Of a stretch of 60,842 nt of DNA, positions 25,170 through 37,513 are shown one piece after another. Within the stretch, counting starts at the first letter, position 1. The number at the start of each line of letters is the position of its first letter. Source of the stretch: Paraphysomonas bandaiensis (Eukaryota > Protista > Chrysophyceae). The notes below the pieces were generated by a model that saw only the letters and a program-made list of their open reading frames with translations, made no database searches and was not told the origin of the DNA. The stretch covers positions 1 to 60,842 of the forward strand of contig CBFFRP010000193.1 in assembly GCA_965644295.1 (NCBI GenBank). Direction: 5' to 3'. The position numbers and the translations under genes are program-made.

Positions 25170-26583
25170 TGTTTTCCGAGCGAGCAAACTGGCATTCCTT
25201 GAAGAAAGATCTAACGACGCTTAAGAATTCCAGTTTTCCCGCATCCGACAGCAATCACTACAAAAGTGAAAGAACTGATTTTGCACAGCGTGTTCTGGAC
25301 AGCGCAGAGGTCACTAAGAGAGTTAGACTTGGTACCTGTGAGTCCAACTACCGCTGCTTGCTTTATATCGAAAATCACAATCTAATGCTGCTGAGAGGGT
25401 CTTTCAGTCGTGCAAAGTTGATTATGACCTGCAAATAGATCTTGATGTGCCAGTAGTGGACCCTCAACAAAGTCGGACTCGCACCTTTTCGTGGTGTTCT
25501 GGGGGATAAGTACCGGAGAGATTCTCTCTTGGAAACTAACGTGAGCCGCAAACATAGTCAGCAGATATTGTTCTGCCCACTCATAGCCTAATGCTTGTGT
25601 GGTACAAGGGACACCAATAAGTGTCACTTGTGTAGACGTCTTTGGGCCTTGACAAATAAACAGGCATCCGGGAATGGGCCCATCTTAAGGGCATCCGGGA
25701 CAGGGTCCACCTGTAGGGTAACAACGACACCCTCCACCACTCCACTCCCCTCACAGAACACCCATCTAGTACTTGGTACACTTCGGACATTAATGCAAAA
25801 CCCTGTACCACAGAGCCTGGTAGAGCCGTATCCTAAGAAGGGAAGACCCCCAGACATCACGCGCCAGTGAGTCAAAGACGCACAAGCAGGGCGAAACTCA
25901 CAAACAAAATTTAGAACGGAAGTGGTTGCACCTTGGTGCTTGCGGCGACGCACAAGCAGCTTCTGTAGCGTTAAATAGTAGGATAATGGAATTTGTACGG
26001 ATTAGTTATGGGTAGAGGTCTAACTAGCATGACTAGCATTCAACTAACCACTATATTGGTACAGGTTTCTAACGCCTACTGCTAAATAAAAAGACGTTTA
26101 ATATAGGGTAACCGGGGTATTGGGCTGCCTGCTGAAGTCAAGCATCCGGGATGTTCACCTTAAGAACACAGAACGGAAGTGGTTGCACCTTGGTGCTTGC
26201 GGCGACGCACAAGCAGCTTTCGTAGCGTTAAGTAGTAGGATAAAAAAAGTGTGTACTGATTAGCTACAGGTAGAGGTCTAACTAGTTTGCCTATCATTCA
26301 TGTAGCTACTAAGTTGGTGCAGGTTTTAACGCCTATTGCTAATAATAAGGCTTTCAATATGCGCCAGTGGAGAGCGAGAAGTAGTTACGATTCGTGGTCT
26401 GTTATTTAGCTAAATTAGTAACTAAGGGAGCACCACACTATCTAAGATTAGCGGTGATATCTACTTAGGTATTAATGGAAATTAGTGGGCCATTATAATT
26501 GCTGGGACATTATTCATTAATGCCATTACAATTACCAGTAACTGGACTACCATTAATAGGCCATTAATGGTTACCAGGCCCTG
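25170..26583 (+). mobile_element. 3' relic of a second hAT family, interrupted by family R
   Basis: Frameshifted DFAQRVL...YRCLLYI...SNAAER/FSRAKLIMT dimerisation domain (25270-25440); CATTAAT-rich subterminal region; end GTTACCAGGCCCTG at 26583. Confidence 0.7.
25455..26358. repeat. Family R: longest copy of an unclassified dispersed repeat with a tandemly duplicated end (25914-26105 / 26171-26358)
   Basis: Homologous pieces at five other loci in the window; possible 10-bp TSD ATGTGCCAGT (25445-25454) / ATGCGCCAGT (26359-26368). Confidence 0.8.
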
Positions 26584-26904
26584 CATCAGATATTGAAATT
26601 CGTCCTTTGTACCTGAATTCACCTTTTCCTACTATGAGTTGGTTTCACCTGTCTGGAGACTCAAGACATAATATCAATTACTTGATTCTTTTGCAGTGAA
26701 AAATGCTACTTAATTTACATGAGAAAGGTGGTAGTCTTGTTTGACATATTCTCATTGCTATTTTATTATAAAACCTCCATCCATGTTACAGTCTACGTGC
26801 TTCATCAGAACACATATCTCTTTTCCACACCCACGTTAATATCTTCGCGGCTTACAACAGCACAACGTACCAAACTAGATTCCTGTTCCGTCAATACAGT
26901 TGCA

Positions 26905-29900
26905 TTAATAAATTGGATTCTGGGGCTGTCCAGTCCACGGGCAGTGTCGAGTCTTTGACACAAGTGCATTCCATTCTTTGCGATTGGCGACGGAATTGTT
27001 AATTTCAAGCATATCAGTAGAATACACTGGATATCCGGAGACGATGCAAGTCGGCCTGTCACTTACAAAGAGGCCATCATACAAAGTATTTCTCGTTTTT
27101 TCTCTGTTAGGAATCTTCTGTTCAATATTGGAATCCGTCACAACAGACAAGACCCATGTACGCACATCTTCTCTCATATCCTAAATAGGCCCGATCAAAA
27201 TAATCGCGAACACATAATTTACGACATACCTCATCCTCTAAGTAGTGGGAGTGAGGAAGAGGGCTGTTAAGAGGAATAGCATCCGCATCTTGGAAATCTG
27301 CGTTATCCATAAAGCTAGAATCGTTGGTGTCAATCGCTTCCGTTAAATCAACGTATCTACGCCAAAAATACATCAGGTTATCACTGCATCCATATCAACA
27401 TAATACCTATTTAGTAACAAGAAAGCGAGGTTGATATTTCCTTGCTCCCGACAAGCGACTCCCGCCTGATAAAATGCTTTATCGGGAACCACAATATCAG
27501 GATACTTAAGTAGTGTAATAGAACACTTGGCTGCTGTATCTACCAAGCCATGTTCGGTACACAAGAAAAACATATGCTGGTAATGTGTTGCCATCAACAG
27601 CTCCTCCAAATCTTGGGGAAGTTGTTTATCTACAGCATGGCCGCGATATTGCTTCGCAAGTCGGAAAAGGACCTCACGCAAGTTCGAGACAGTTTCAGCT
27701 TGATCAACGCTCTGCTCTGTACCATATGACCTCGAGAGAATTGTGGATACCAATTCATGGTAAAAAGGAATGTTAGAATCACCGGCCAGGCCAGGGCGAT
27801 TAAGTAATAGGCTTACCGCCTCATCTTGCTTGGCCGCATTTCCGCGAAGTAACTTCAAACAAATTTAAGAGTCATACATAGATTCTTAACGTCTTACCTG
27901 TGAGCATCTCATCATTACGTATTTCGCAACCGTAGCGTGTGAGAGTTTTTCTTTAGAGGCAACTTCCCACAACCTATCCCAATCGCCTCGCTTGGCCAAG
28001 ACATCAAGGGCCACATCTGTGCGTCCTAATTCAACCAACTCGCCTGTTCCATCCTCTTGTAGTACAAGATGTCCTTGGTAAGCTTCATCGAGTCGTCTTT
28101 TCAGTGCGGCATTTCCTTGAGACAATGCCTTGGCTTTCTCAAACTGGAGCCACAACAGTTACCTCGATAATTGTACAACACATAGAACTACCTTTTTCGC
28201 AGTTAAGCACACTGTCAACGCTTCATCTTGTCGTCCTATCTCAAAGAGTATATCGGCAGCAGTTTCTTCTCTACCTAAAGCAATGAGGCGCCGTGATACC
28301 TCTGTCGCAATCTCAACATGCTTATTCGGTAAATGGTTTCTGGCTAATTCAATAGCTCTATCCCACAGGTCTTCAAGATCCTCAACATTGTCAATCACCT
28401 CTTTACGGGCTGCTAGGTAGGCGTCTATGGCTTGAGCCCACTGCTTACTCTGCTCCCAACCTCTTGCCGTTGCGATGAAGTCTTTCTTGCTCCCACCTTT
28501 TCCAGATCTAGCCTGTGCAGATTGATACGCCATATTGACCTCTGCAACTCTATGCGGCAAGTGCATTTGAGCTAGTCGAAGAGCATCTTGCCATAATTCG
28601 GCTTCTTGCAGCATTACGAGTGCCAATTCAGGTCTGGCCGCAGATATATATAATTCTTCTGCACCCTTAAAGTCACCAGCATCAGCTTGGACACGAGCAT
28701 GTGCCACATACACGTCCGATATTGCAGCAGGATCATAGTTCTCGGCCACACGGATAGCACTTGCCCAATCTTGCTGATGAACGTACATATCAATGGCTTC
28801 TTTTGGTTTATTCGCCTTAACGAACTCTTCCTCAGCAAGTTGGTACTGCTCTTCGTCCTCCAAGAAAAGTGCATGTTTCAAGTGAATTTCTGGTAACTTT
28901 TTAGGAAGACTGTGGTTTGCGAGCTCAAAAGCCATATCAAATGCTCCGTTTTCGGTAGCATGCTCAATTGCAGCTTCGATTAGACCATGTTTGATCAGGT
29001 ATTTTGAGCCTTCTGATACTCCAACAGCCATCAGTAGCGCAATAGTCACACGCTTACAGGCGTTAATACCACCATAAAACTTCGCCACACGGATAGCATC
29101 ATCCCACAGCTCATTGGATCGATACATATTAACCGCACTATGCCACTCCTGTGCTTCCACATAATGGTGTTCAGCTTCGCGCAGAGATCCCTCAACTTCC
29201 AGTGTTTGTGCAAGGAACTGGTGCGTTTCTTTAAGCAAATCTACACGCTGTTCTTGTACCAGTCGAATCATATCATCAAATCTACGATTCTTCTTGTACA
29301 TGTTAATGGCAAGGTCTTTCTCTTTCACAGTCAAGTACATTTTTTCAGCTTCTTTGTATCGGCCCTCAGCTTCCAGCTTCTGTGCTTGATTAATATAAAG
29401 CAAGCCAACTTCACCCTCATTCATGTAACCCATTGCCAGTTTGTGGGCGAGTTCCCAGTGACCGAGTCTGGTGTGCATTTCAACAGCGAATTGCGGTTGG
29501 TCAGCAGATACATAGCACCGCTCAGCCAATTCGTACTGTGCGCTATCTTCGTAATATCTAGCCAATTGCTTATAATAGGGCTTCGCAGATTCGCTATCAA
29601 TTGCGTCTACTAATTGAAGAGCTCGGCTATACTGTCTTGCATTCAAAGCAGCTTCGATAGCTTTGTGGAATACTTTCGCCTCGATGTAGTGATTAATGGC
29701 CATATCAATCTGTTTCTGAGATACCAAATAGTCACCCCATTGCTCTTGTAGCTCAACGACCATTCCAGGGAAGCTTCGACGAGCCAAATCAACAGCTTTA
29801 CGAAATGCATAGCCGCGAATATAGCTATCAAGTGCTTTCTGAAGATCATTAAGAATTTCATAGAAATCTCCGGCTAGGTCGTGCATACCGGCTCTAGTTA

Positions 29901-32453
29901 ATGCGCTAACAACACTCTCTAGTTGATGCACAGGTTGCATAATATTGTTATCCATGATCACTTGCGCTGCCTTTGCAGGCATACCACCTTTCAAATAAAG
30001 TTTTATGGCTTGATCGAAGTCACATTCTTGTTCCTTAAGTGCGGCAGCTTGTTCTTCTTGATTCGAATCTAATAAATATTGGAAGTACGCCTATATGCAG
30101 ATGTGAAAAATATGGTAAAGATAACATATATATACCTGTCTCATCTCTATGGCCTCTGGATGCTTTGCATTTTCCGCAACTCGAATAGCTTCGTCGTACT
30201 TAAATAGCTTTTGATACATCTCAATGCAGTCATCCACTTTTCCTTGCGCTAGCATTTCATCCTCAGCTTCCTTCAAGTCCTTTGACATCAGACTAATCAT
30301 ACTTCGAACCTAAGCAAATACTAACTCAGAAAACATTTAACTTACATGCAATATTACAAACCTTGTAGTGGTCTGTGCCACTCACACCTAGCTCTTCCTC
30401 TGCACTCTCTTTGATGGAGTTGATATTACCCAAATAACGACCAAGAGCAACATTTCCCACAGCGGCCTGGCATCTCTGGGCTATTCTAAATTCGTTCTCC
30501 ATGAGCGACATTTGACTTAACTGAAGCCACATTGCTTCAGCTTCAGAGCTCATTTCAAGATTTTCAAGAACTTCCATAGCATGTAAGAAGTCGTGGTCAT
30601 CAATTGCTGATCCAAACTCAATTAGAGCACCATCGAGAGGATACACAGCTTGTTCCATCCCTTCATCAACGATCACCTCAGTCCGGCCATCAACTCGCTC
30701 AATTTCTTCAATATCACCCTTAATCGTGTGCAGTGTTATTTGGTCAGGAGCATTTATATTGTACCACACGCATAGATTATTCCTATTCTGGGCAACAACA
30801 ACATCGCTTTGAGGAACCCATTGAACGTATGTGCAAAAATTCAGAAGTTGATTCTTTGCTTGTGTTTCAGTATTGTACAAGTGCAGCAATCTCTTTTTAT
30901 CACGAAACAATAACATATTAGCACGTCCATTTAGCTCTAACCAATCAACTTTTATATCGTGGTAAATTGTGGCCGAAGAATGTGTTACAAGGTCCTTTAT
31001 ACAGATTGTCTGAGCATCTAGCAAATACGCAATTTTCTTGTTATCCTCGCAACTTCCAGTTTTCGACAGACTCCGACGTTCATTAATTCGCAAACTCAAC
31101 ACATGACTGGATATATGAGAGGTTCTTACCGATCCCAGAAATTCATTTACGCCATACTCCACAATAGAAATCTCACCGGCGAAATATATTACGCAGGCAA
31201 ATGGATTGTCAAATATAAATTTCTCCGTACCATCGCCATGCCATTCGATTTCACTTACTTTTAATGTTTCAAGATCTGCTAGCAATAAAGTCTTGCTCGT
31301 GTTCGCTACAACGAAGCGATTCATATATATATTAGTTTTGCTGATCTCTAGGCCGTACTGTGATCGAACAACAATCTTTGTGTTAGAATCAATGTGGCGG
31401 ACTATCACTTGGCTGTGTGACACATATGTCATTTCAAAGCCACCTTTGTACATTGTGCGCTTGAGACACACATCATATATATCTACAGCACCACAGAGTG
31501 TGCCAACTGCAAGCTTTCCGCCGTCAGATTTCCATCCAAGCGCTGTAACTGAGTACATATTCTCCACTTTGGTGATACTTTTCTCCTCCCAGCCCATAGT
31601 GTCCTTGTTCCTTGCGTATACATAAAACCTGTCAAAATTTCCAAGAACAACAGCATCGCCAGTTGGGTTGGCAGCTGCTGCAGTAAATTCTCTACAGTTT
31701 GAATCATTGGAGTGGTCAAATGTACCTTCCTCTCCTCCATCCTCATCATAGAACGTGATCTGCCTGTCGTTTCCAGCTACAACAATGCTCCCACCCCATG
31801 CGAGCGCAAATGGAGCGGTACTGTGCCTTGCAATGACATGGGCACCACGCTCACCACTTTCAAACCAGTATGTGTATATAGAACCATCCAAGTGTGCCGA
31901 GACAACTGCACTACCACGAGGATTGCAACACATAGCAGTCACATAACTATCCGTTTGGTATAATGTTGACGGCTTATGAGTTTTTAACTGACCAAGCTTT
32001 ACCTTTCCTTCAGCTAGACCGTATAAAATTTCATTGGGTCGTTTCATAGGCCACGCGAGACACGTGGCAGGACTTGACGATGGGTATTTATTGCATATGC
32101 TCTTCTTATCACCCCAATCGGAACCAAGTTTGTAAACAAAGACCATATTATCAGTTTGCGCAATTGCCAGCTTATCAGATTGTGGCGAAAACATCATTTG
32201 ACGAACAACATAATTTTTAGGGCCCTACACCATAAGTATTAACACTACATGATATGATATCAGTGAAACGGACCTTGTCTGCGGGTTTCGTAGAAAATTT
32301 ATCTTTCCGCACTCCTTCCTCGTCAAACATAAGCACTACTCGATCTGTCGTACACACGGCTAATCTCCTGCCATTTGGAGCCCAACAAAGTGCGGTCACC
32401 TTCTGGATACCCTCATTTGGCTGGGTGATGGTTTGTAAATGCTGGAGCTGCAT
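26905..32453 (-). CDS. IFT172: Intraflagellar transport protein 172
   Basis: MQLQHLQT...WAPNGRRLAVCTTDRVV, WGDKKSICNK, CTYVQWVPQSDVVVAQNR, AINHYIEA, EIHLKHALFLEDE, AFLLLNRY and C-terminal CIVSGYPV; multiple short introns. Confidence 0.97.
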
Positions 32454-32899
32454 CGAGCTATTTTTATTTCAGAAATACGTCAATTTAATTACACTGTTCC
32501 AACCCGAAGTAATTCAATTGGTATTGATTATGTTTCTAACAAGGACAACAGGCGGTTAATAGTGCTATAGTGTCCTCTGATCTCCTCAACATTTTAAACC
32601 GTGTCTCTAGTAGCTAACTACATCGAGTCGACTATACGTAAAAATACATAGTCAACCACACTGCGTGTGACGTTGCATTGTTTTCAATTCAAAAAACTGT
32701 GAAATAAAAAAAAAAACTTCTACTTCATATGCATATTGCTATGAGTGTGTGTATGTATATGTATATGTATATGTGTGTAGTGTAGTCTATGCCTGGATTA
32801 TATGTGAAACTGACTATATACTGCTACTGTATTCCTATGATATCGTATACCGCATAGTATACGACGCGTATTTTCTCAGCAGAGGAAGGTCTTGTAAGA

Positions 32900-33400
32900 G
32901 GACGTCTGGAGGGTTGAGGGGATCTCATTGATGTCGTGCTGCGAATGATGTCTGGAACACATGCTTAATCTCTCACTCTGATGATGCGAAATGCAGAAGA
33001 ACTCCACTTTCCGGATACGATGATCTGGAAACAATATTATCCGGTTGTTTGTAATAGGGGTTTGTTCCTTTTCTTCCATTGAGGTTATGTGAGCCCCAAT
33101 AGTGGAAGCAAATCTGATCGACTTTAACAGACCTTCTCCAAGGTTTCCATCCCCCATATTATATGACAAATACTATATATGAGAATAGAGGAACAGCTAT
33201 CCAGTTGACATATGATGCATATGTCGAAAGTTTTGCGAAGTATGGCGGAGCAAACACTTCCAAACTAATGAAGACTTCAGTCTTGGAATAAAGCGGAATT
33301 GTTCATCAGATTGAATGCCGCTGAGAAAGAAGTGTACCTTACTAGATCTATTCCGTGTGGACTTTATTATGTCCTTTCAGTTGTTTATTGACTTTAATTG
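32900..33400 (-). pseudogene. Possible highly degenerate Crypton-type recombinase C-terminal relic
   Basis: Frame-hopping translation gives ILRK...STYAS...YSICH..GGW/NLGEGLLKSIRFAS...LFP..IRKVEFFCIS, resembling the HSxRKG..TY...SICxRxGWxLG..RY region of Crypton recombinases. Confidence 0.35.
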
Positions 33401-34062
33401 GCTTGTTTTCTGTCATAGTAATAATGATTGCAGCGTAGCTATTATCTATTATACACTAACGCCGACAACTTTATTGCACTTAGGGCATATACCATCTTCT
33501 TCTCCAAGAGAAAGAGACGGTAACAATCCTAAATATACCAACATGAAAAGCAATGAATGGTTTATTCTTTAGGTGGTAGTGTAATGGGAGTTTTCTTGAC
33601 TTCAAATGATGTAGTATGTAGTCATTTCATATAGCATATAGTCGATTCTATAGCTAATTGAGCAACGGTAGTAAGTCCTAAAAATGAAATCAAAACACTC
33701 GTTGTCATCACTGTAAAAAATAATCTAAGTTGGAAATACTTCACTGAGTTAGTTTACTTCATGACGGCCCAGCTTCCACTATATAAACTAACTGAACGGC
33801 TTTTTCTTATAAAATTTCAGTTGCATATTAGTTGAGTTTTAGTTCGTTTAAAGCTTAAACTATTTCGCACCACCCTATCGATAGTCATATGTACGTAACA
33901 TTCCACATTGCCGACTTTGGTTCTGCAATAAACAATAAACTGGAGTTCATCTCGATAAACAACCTCCGTCTGATTAATTGAATCTTACGCATTAAATCAA
34001 CATCAAAGTGAAGTATATATACTGCTCACTTTAAATCATGTCTAAAAGTTAAAGCACGATTT

Positions 34063-35610
34063 CTAATCTTTACGGAGCTTATTGATGTCACCCAGAAGAT
34101 TTGCACGGGCTCCAGTAGGCTTGGGTGGGACTGATGCCGACTTCGAACTTACCGGAGGTGGTGGCGGTGGTGCAGGCCGACTTTCAACATTCTCTTGGGC
34201 GGTACTCTCAGGCTGCTCATTAACAGGTGCAGGTTTAGAAGCGACGTTGCTAGTGTTCTTGGCCGCAACAGTAGCTGAATTTGAGTTTTCGCGGGCCCCT
34301 GAAGTACTTGTTCGGGTACTTGGATCTTGCTGTCTGCGACTGCATAAAAAAATTACCAGACTATCATTGTAAGGTTATTTATATACCTCAGTGCCCTTGT
34401 AGACAATCTCCGAGTAGAAGTCCTTCTTTCATTGCCACTTCCCTGAACAGCTGTTGACGAATTATTGGTCTCACTGCACGTCTGTGAACTACTTCTATCA
34501 GGCGCAACTTCCTCAGGTTGCTCCGCACCCTGCCCGAGTAATTCAATTTTATTTCGAAATGAAAATGTAAGCACCATACCTTATTTGTACCTTTCAGCGC
34601 TCCATCAACATCGATGAAAAGCTTCAGCACATCCGAGCAATGATGCTTATTAAACTCAGCAACTTTATCAATGCCAATAACTTTTTGCCAATATACATTT
34701 AATTCTTCCCTGTATACTTCTCAGGATATCACATTTCCATCGTATAAATACTTACCGACGCTGCTCCATGAAATCAGGAGCAAATTTATTGAGTATAAAA
34801 GAATGAGCTGATGGCAGTTCAATGTTTTCCATTTGCCAACCCAATGTGCGTTTGAGTTCTGCATGCAATCGTGTGAAATCGCTGTAGCGCTTCCATACGC
34901 TCCATTTAAATATCTTTTCTTTTTCGACCTGTAGACTTACTGCCCGAAGTTGGCAAACAACTTCGTACTCAACAAATCTCGAAGATGTAAAATTATTGAT
35001 TCGGGATCTTCGAATAAGCGATAAAAAGGGGTGCTTCTGTTCCTTATTACTTTTAGTCGCGATTCCATCGTGCCTCGAATTCCTTCTTCTGTATCAAATA
35101 GAGTTAATCTCCAAAGAAAGCAACTTCAGCAAAACATACTTATGCTGAACATATTCTTCGCCATTTCTGAACTTTAAATTTTTTTGAGCGATATTTTTAT
35201 TGCTCAACAGAGCGCTAACTTCGGAAAAGGGCATTGAGTACAGCTGAATATCATTTATGGCAAACAAAACGTCCCCGATATGAACCCCACCATGCTATAA
35301 TCATTAAATGAATCTAAATAACATTGAAACAGCTTCGCAAACCTTTTGAATGGGTCCAAACTTTCCGTTCGGTAATCTCGCCCATGATCGCACTACAGCA
35401 GCACATCCCTCAAAATCTACAAAACAAAATTTTATAAATCATTTCACTCTAAGTTAATACTATCAGTCGACCTGGCTCTAGTACGACCCCATACGGGCCA
35501 TCTGCAGAGACACTGACAACAACAACCTGTCCTGTGTATGATCTCATTACCACATATCCATATCAACACAGAGATAAACACTCACCAGCAGCTGTGTTAG
35601 CTGCAGCCAT
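34063..35610 (-). CDS. PDZ + PX domain protein with a Pro-rich, WH2-like C-terminus (sorting-nexin-like), multi-exon
   Basis: Exons encode GGVHIGDVLFAIND (PDZ), WSVWKRYSDFTRLHAELK...ELP (PX) and APPPPPP...RANLLGDINKLRKD* (WH2-like). Confidence 0.75.
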
Positions 35611-35961
35611 CCTCAGTTTGTTCTACAGGATCACGGAGTAGATTGCACCTCACGATAAGTAATGTTCGTGTGAGCTATTCGATGTCGCTGTGACCAGGAT
35701 GGATATTATGGAGAGCTCCAGCTGGCACATACAGCTGCACTGTCGAGTAGTATGGTATACCAGTATGTGGTATACGTTCAGCTGTAGATACGAGCAGAAT
35801 CATCATCACATAAATACAGCAGTATACAATGGTAGTATACCAGGATACTGCTGTATATGAGGCCTCACCAACAGAGGACTGTATATGATTGTATACGGGG
35901 TGGGGTATACCGTGGACAGAGATCCATGCATCTTGAGAACGGGAAGTTGATACGATAAGTT

Positions 35962-36620
35962 CTGAGTGAATTGACAGTGATAGCTAGCAACAACACTGAG
36001 TGAATTGACAGTGATAGCTAGCAACAACACTGAGTGAATTGACAGTGATAGCTAGCAACAACACTGAGTGAATTGACAGTGATAGCTAGCAACAACACTG
36101 AGTGAATTGACAGTGATAGCTAGCAACAACACTGAGTGAATTGACAGTGATAGCTAGCAACAACACTGAGTGAATTGACAGTGATAGCTAGCAACAACAC
36201 TGAGTGAATTGACAGTGATAGCTAGCAACAACACTGAGTGAATTGACAGTGATAGCTAGCAACAACACTGAGTGAATTGACAGTGATAGCTAGCAACAAC
36301 ACTGAGTGAATTGACAGTGATAGCTAGCAACAACACTGAGTGAATTGACAGTGATAGCTAGCAACAACACTGAGTGAATTGACAGTGATAGCTAGCAACA
36401 ACACTGAGTGAATTGACAGTGATAGCTAGCAACAACACTGAGTGAATTGACAGTGATAGCTAGCAACAACACTGAGTGAATTGACAGTGATAGCTAGCAA
36501 CAACACTGAGTGAATTGACGTGATAGCTAGCAACAACACTGAGTGAATTGACAGTGATAGCTAGCAACAACACTGAGTGAAGAGACAATGCTAGCTGGCA
36601 ACAACACTGAGTGAAGAGAC
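35962..36620. repeat. 34-bp minisatellite, ~18-19 copies
   Basis: CTGAGTGAATTGACAGTGATAGCTAGCAACAACA in head-to-tail repeats; one 1-bp deletion near 36519; last units degenerate. Confidence 0.97.
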
Positions 36621-36624
36621 ATAA

Positions 36625-37220
36625 ATAACCGAGAAATTGATTACAACATTACAGAGGATGATGAAGCTGATATTGACTATGCGAATAAAATTCTTCAGTC
36701 AACTCAAAAACTTAAGAAACGTACAGGTCCACGAGTCATTAACGGTTACCAGGCCCTGGTATGTACTTCCAATACATGGGAGCGCCTGTTCAGCGCAGCT
36801 AAACATATTATATCAGTGTTTCGCAAAAGTATCCATCCTACTTAATATGCTGTTGTTTCTGAAAGCGATTCGACAGTTGTGGCCGAATACTAGCATATTT
36901 CAATAAATTTTGTGGATGAATATGGTGATGTTGACGTCACCGATGATGGCTCAGAGGATGAGGACGAGGTGGATTTTTATTAGCTATAAGCAGTAGTTGG
37001 TTTGGTTGTCATGTGATCTTAATGACTAATACTAAACATGGAATCTACGGATGTGTTTACTTACTGATTAGTCATACTAATATATTGCAATACATTGACA
37101 ATATGTTATATGTTGCAATATATTGTAGTTGTATTGTTGGGCATGTTTAAAATCTCCATCAATAGTATTGATTGAACGCTCTCTAACAATAGTATTGCAA
37201 TATATTGTTTCCTAGCCCTG
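36625..37220 (+). mobile_element. 5'-truncated hAT copy (family of 17660-18692)
   Basis: Dimerisation-domain relic plus right TIR CAATATATTGTTTCCTAGCCCTG ending at 37220. Confidence 0.85.
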
Positions 37221-37513
37221 ATTCAGAGAAATAACTAAGTAGAGTGTGTAATATTGAAGTACTAAATGCTTTTACTGGTAGGTACTCGTATTAGAAGTAC
37301 TCTACGCATAAACATGAACTAGTAGGTTTACTACCAATAACACAGATTGAATCAGTTTTACATGCCGTACAAATTACACTTATATCTATTATGTTGCGTG
37401 AAAAATCATATGTCCATTAGTTGTTCAGTCTTATTACTTATTTCTTTATTTATATATTATAATCGAAGGGTTAATCATTTTACATTACAGAGAGGTTAAA
37501 GGTTCGCACATCA

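Noticed and set aside
25867-25901. Hammerhead ribozyme (GTGAG-TC ... GAAA-CTCAC)
   Set aside because: The CUGANGA core is missing between the two halves.
35962-36620. CRISPR array
   Set aside because: The 34-bp units are contiguous with no unique spacers, and there are no cas genes.
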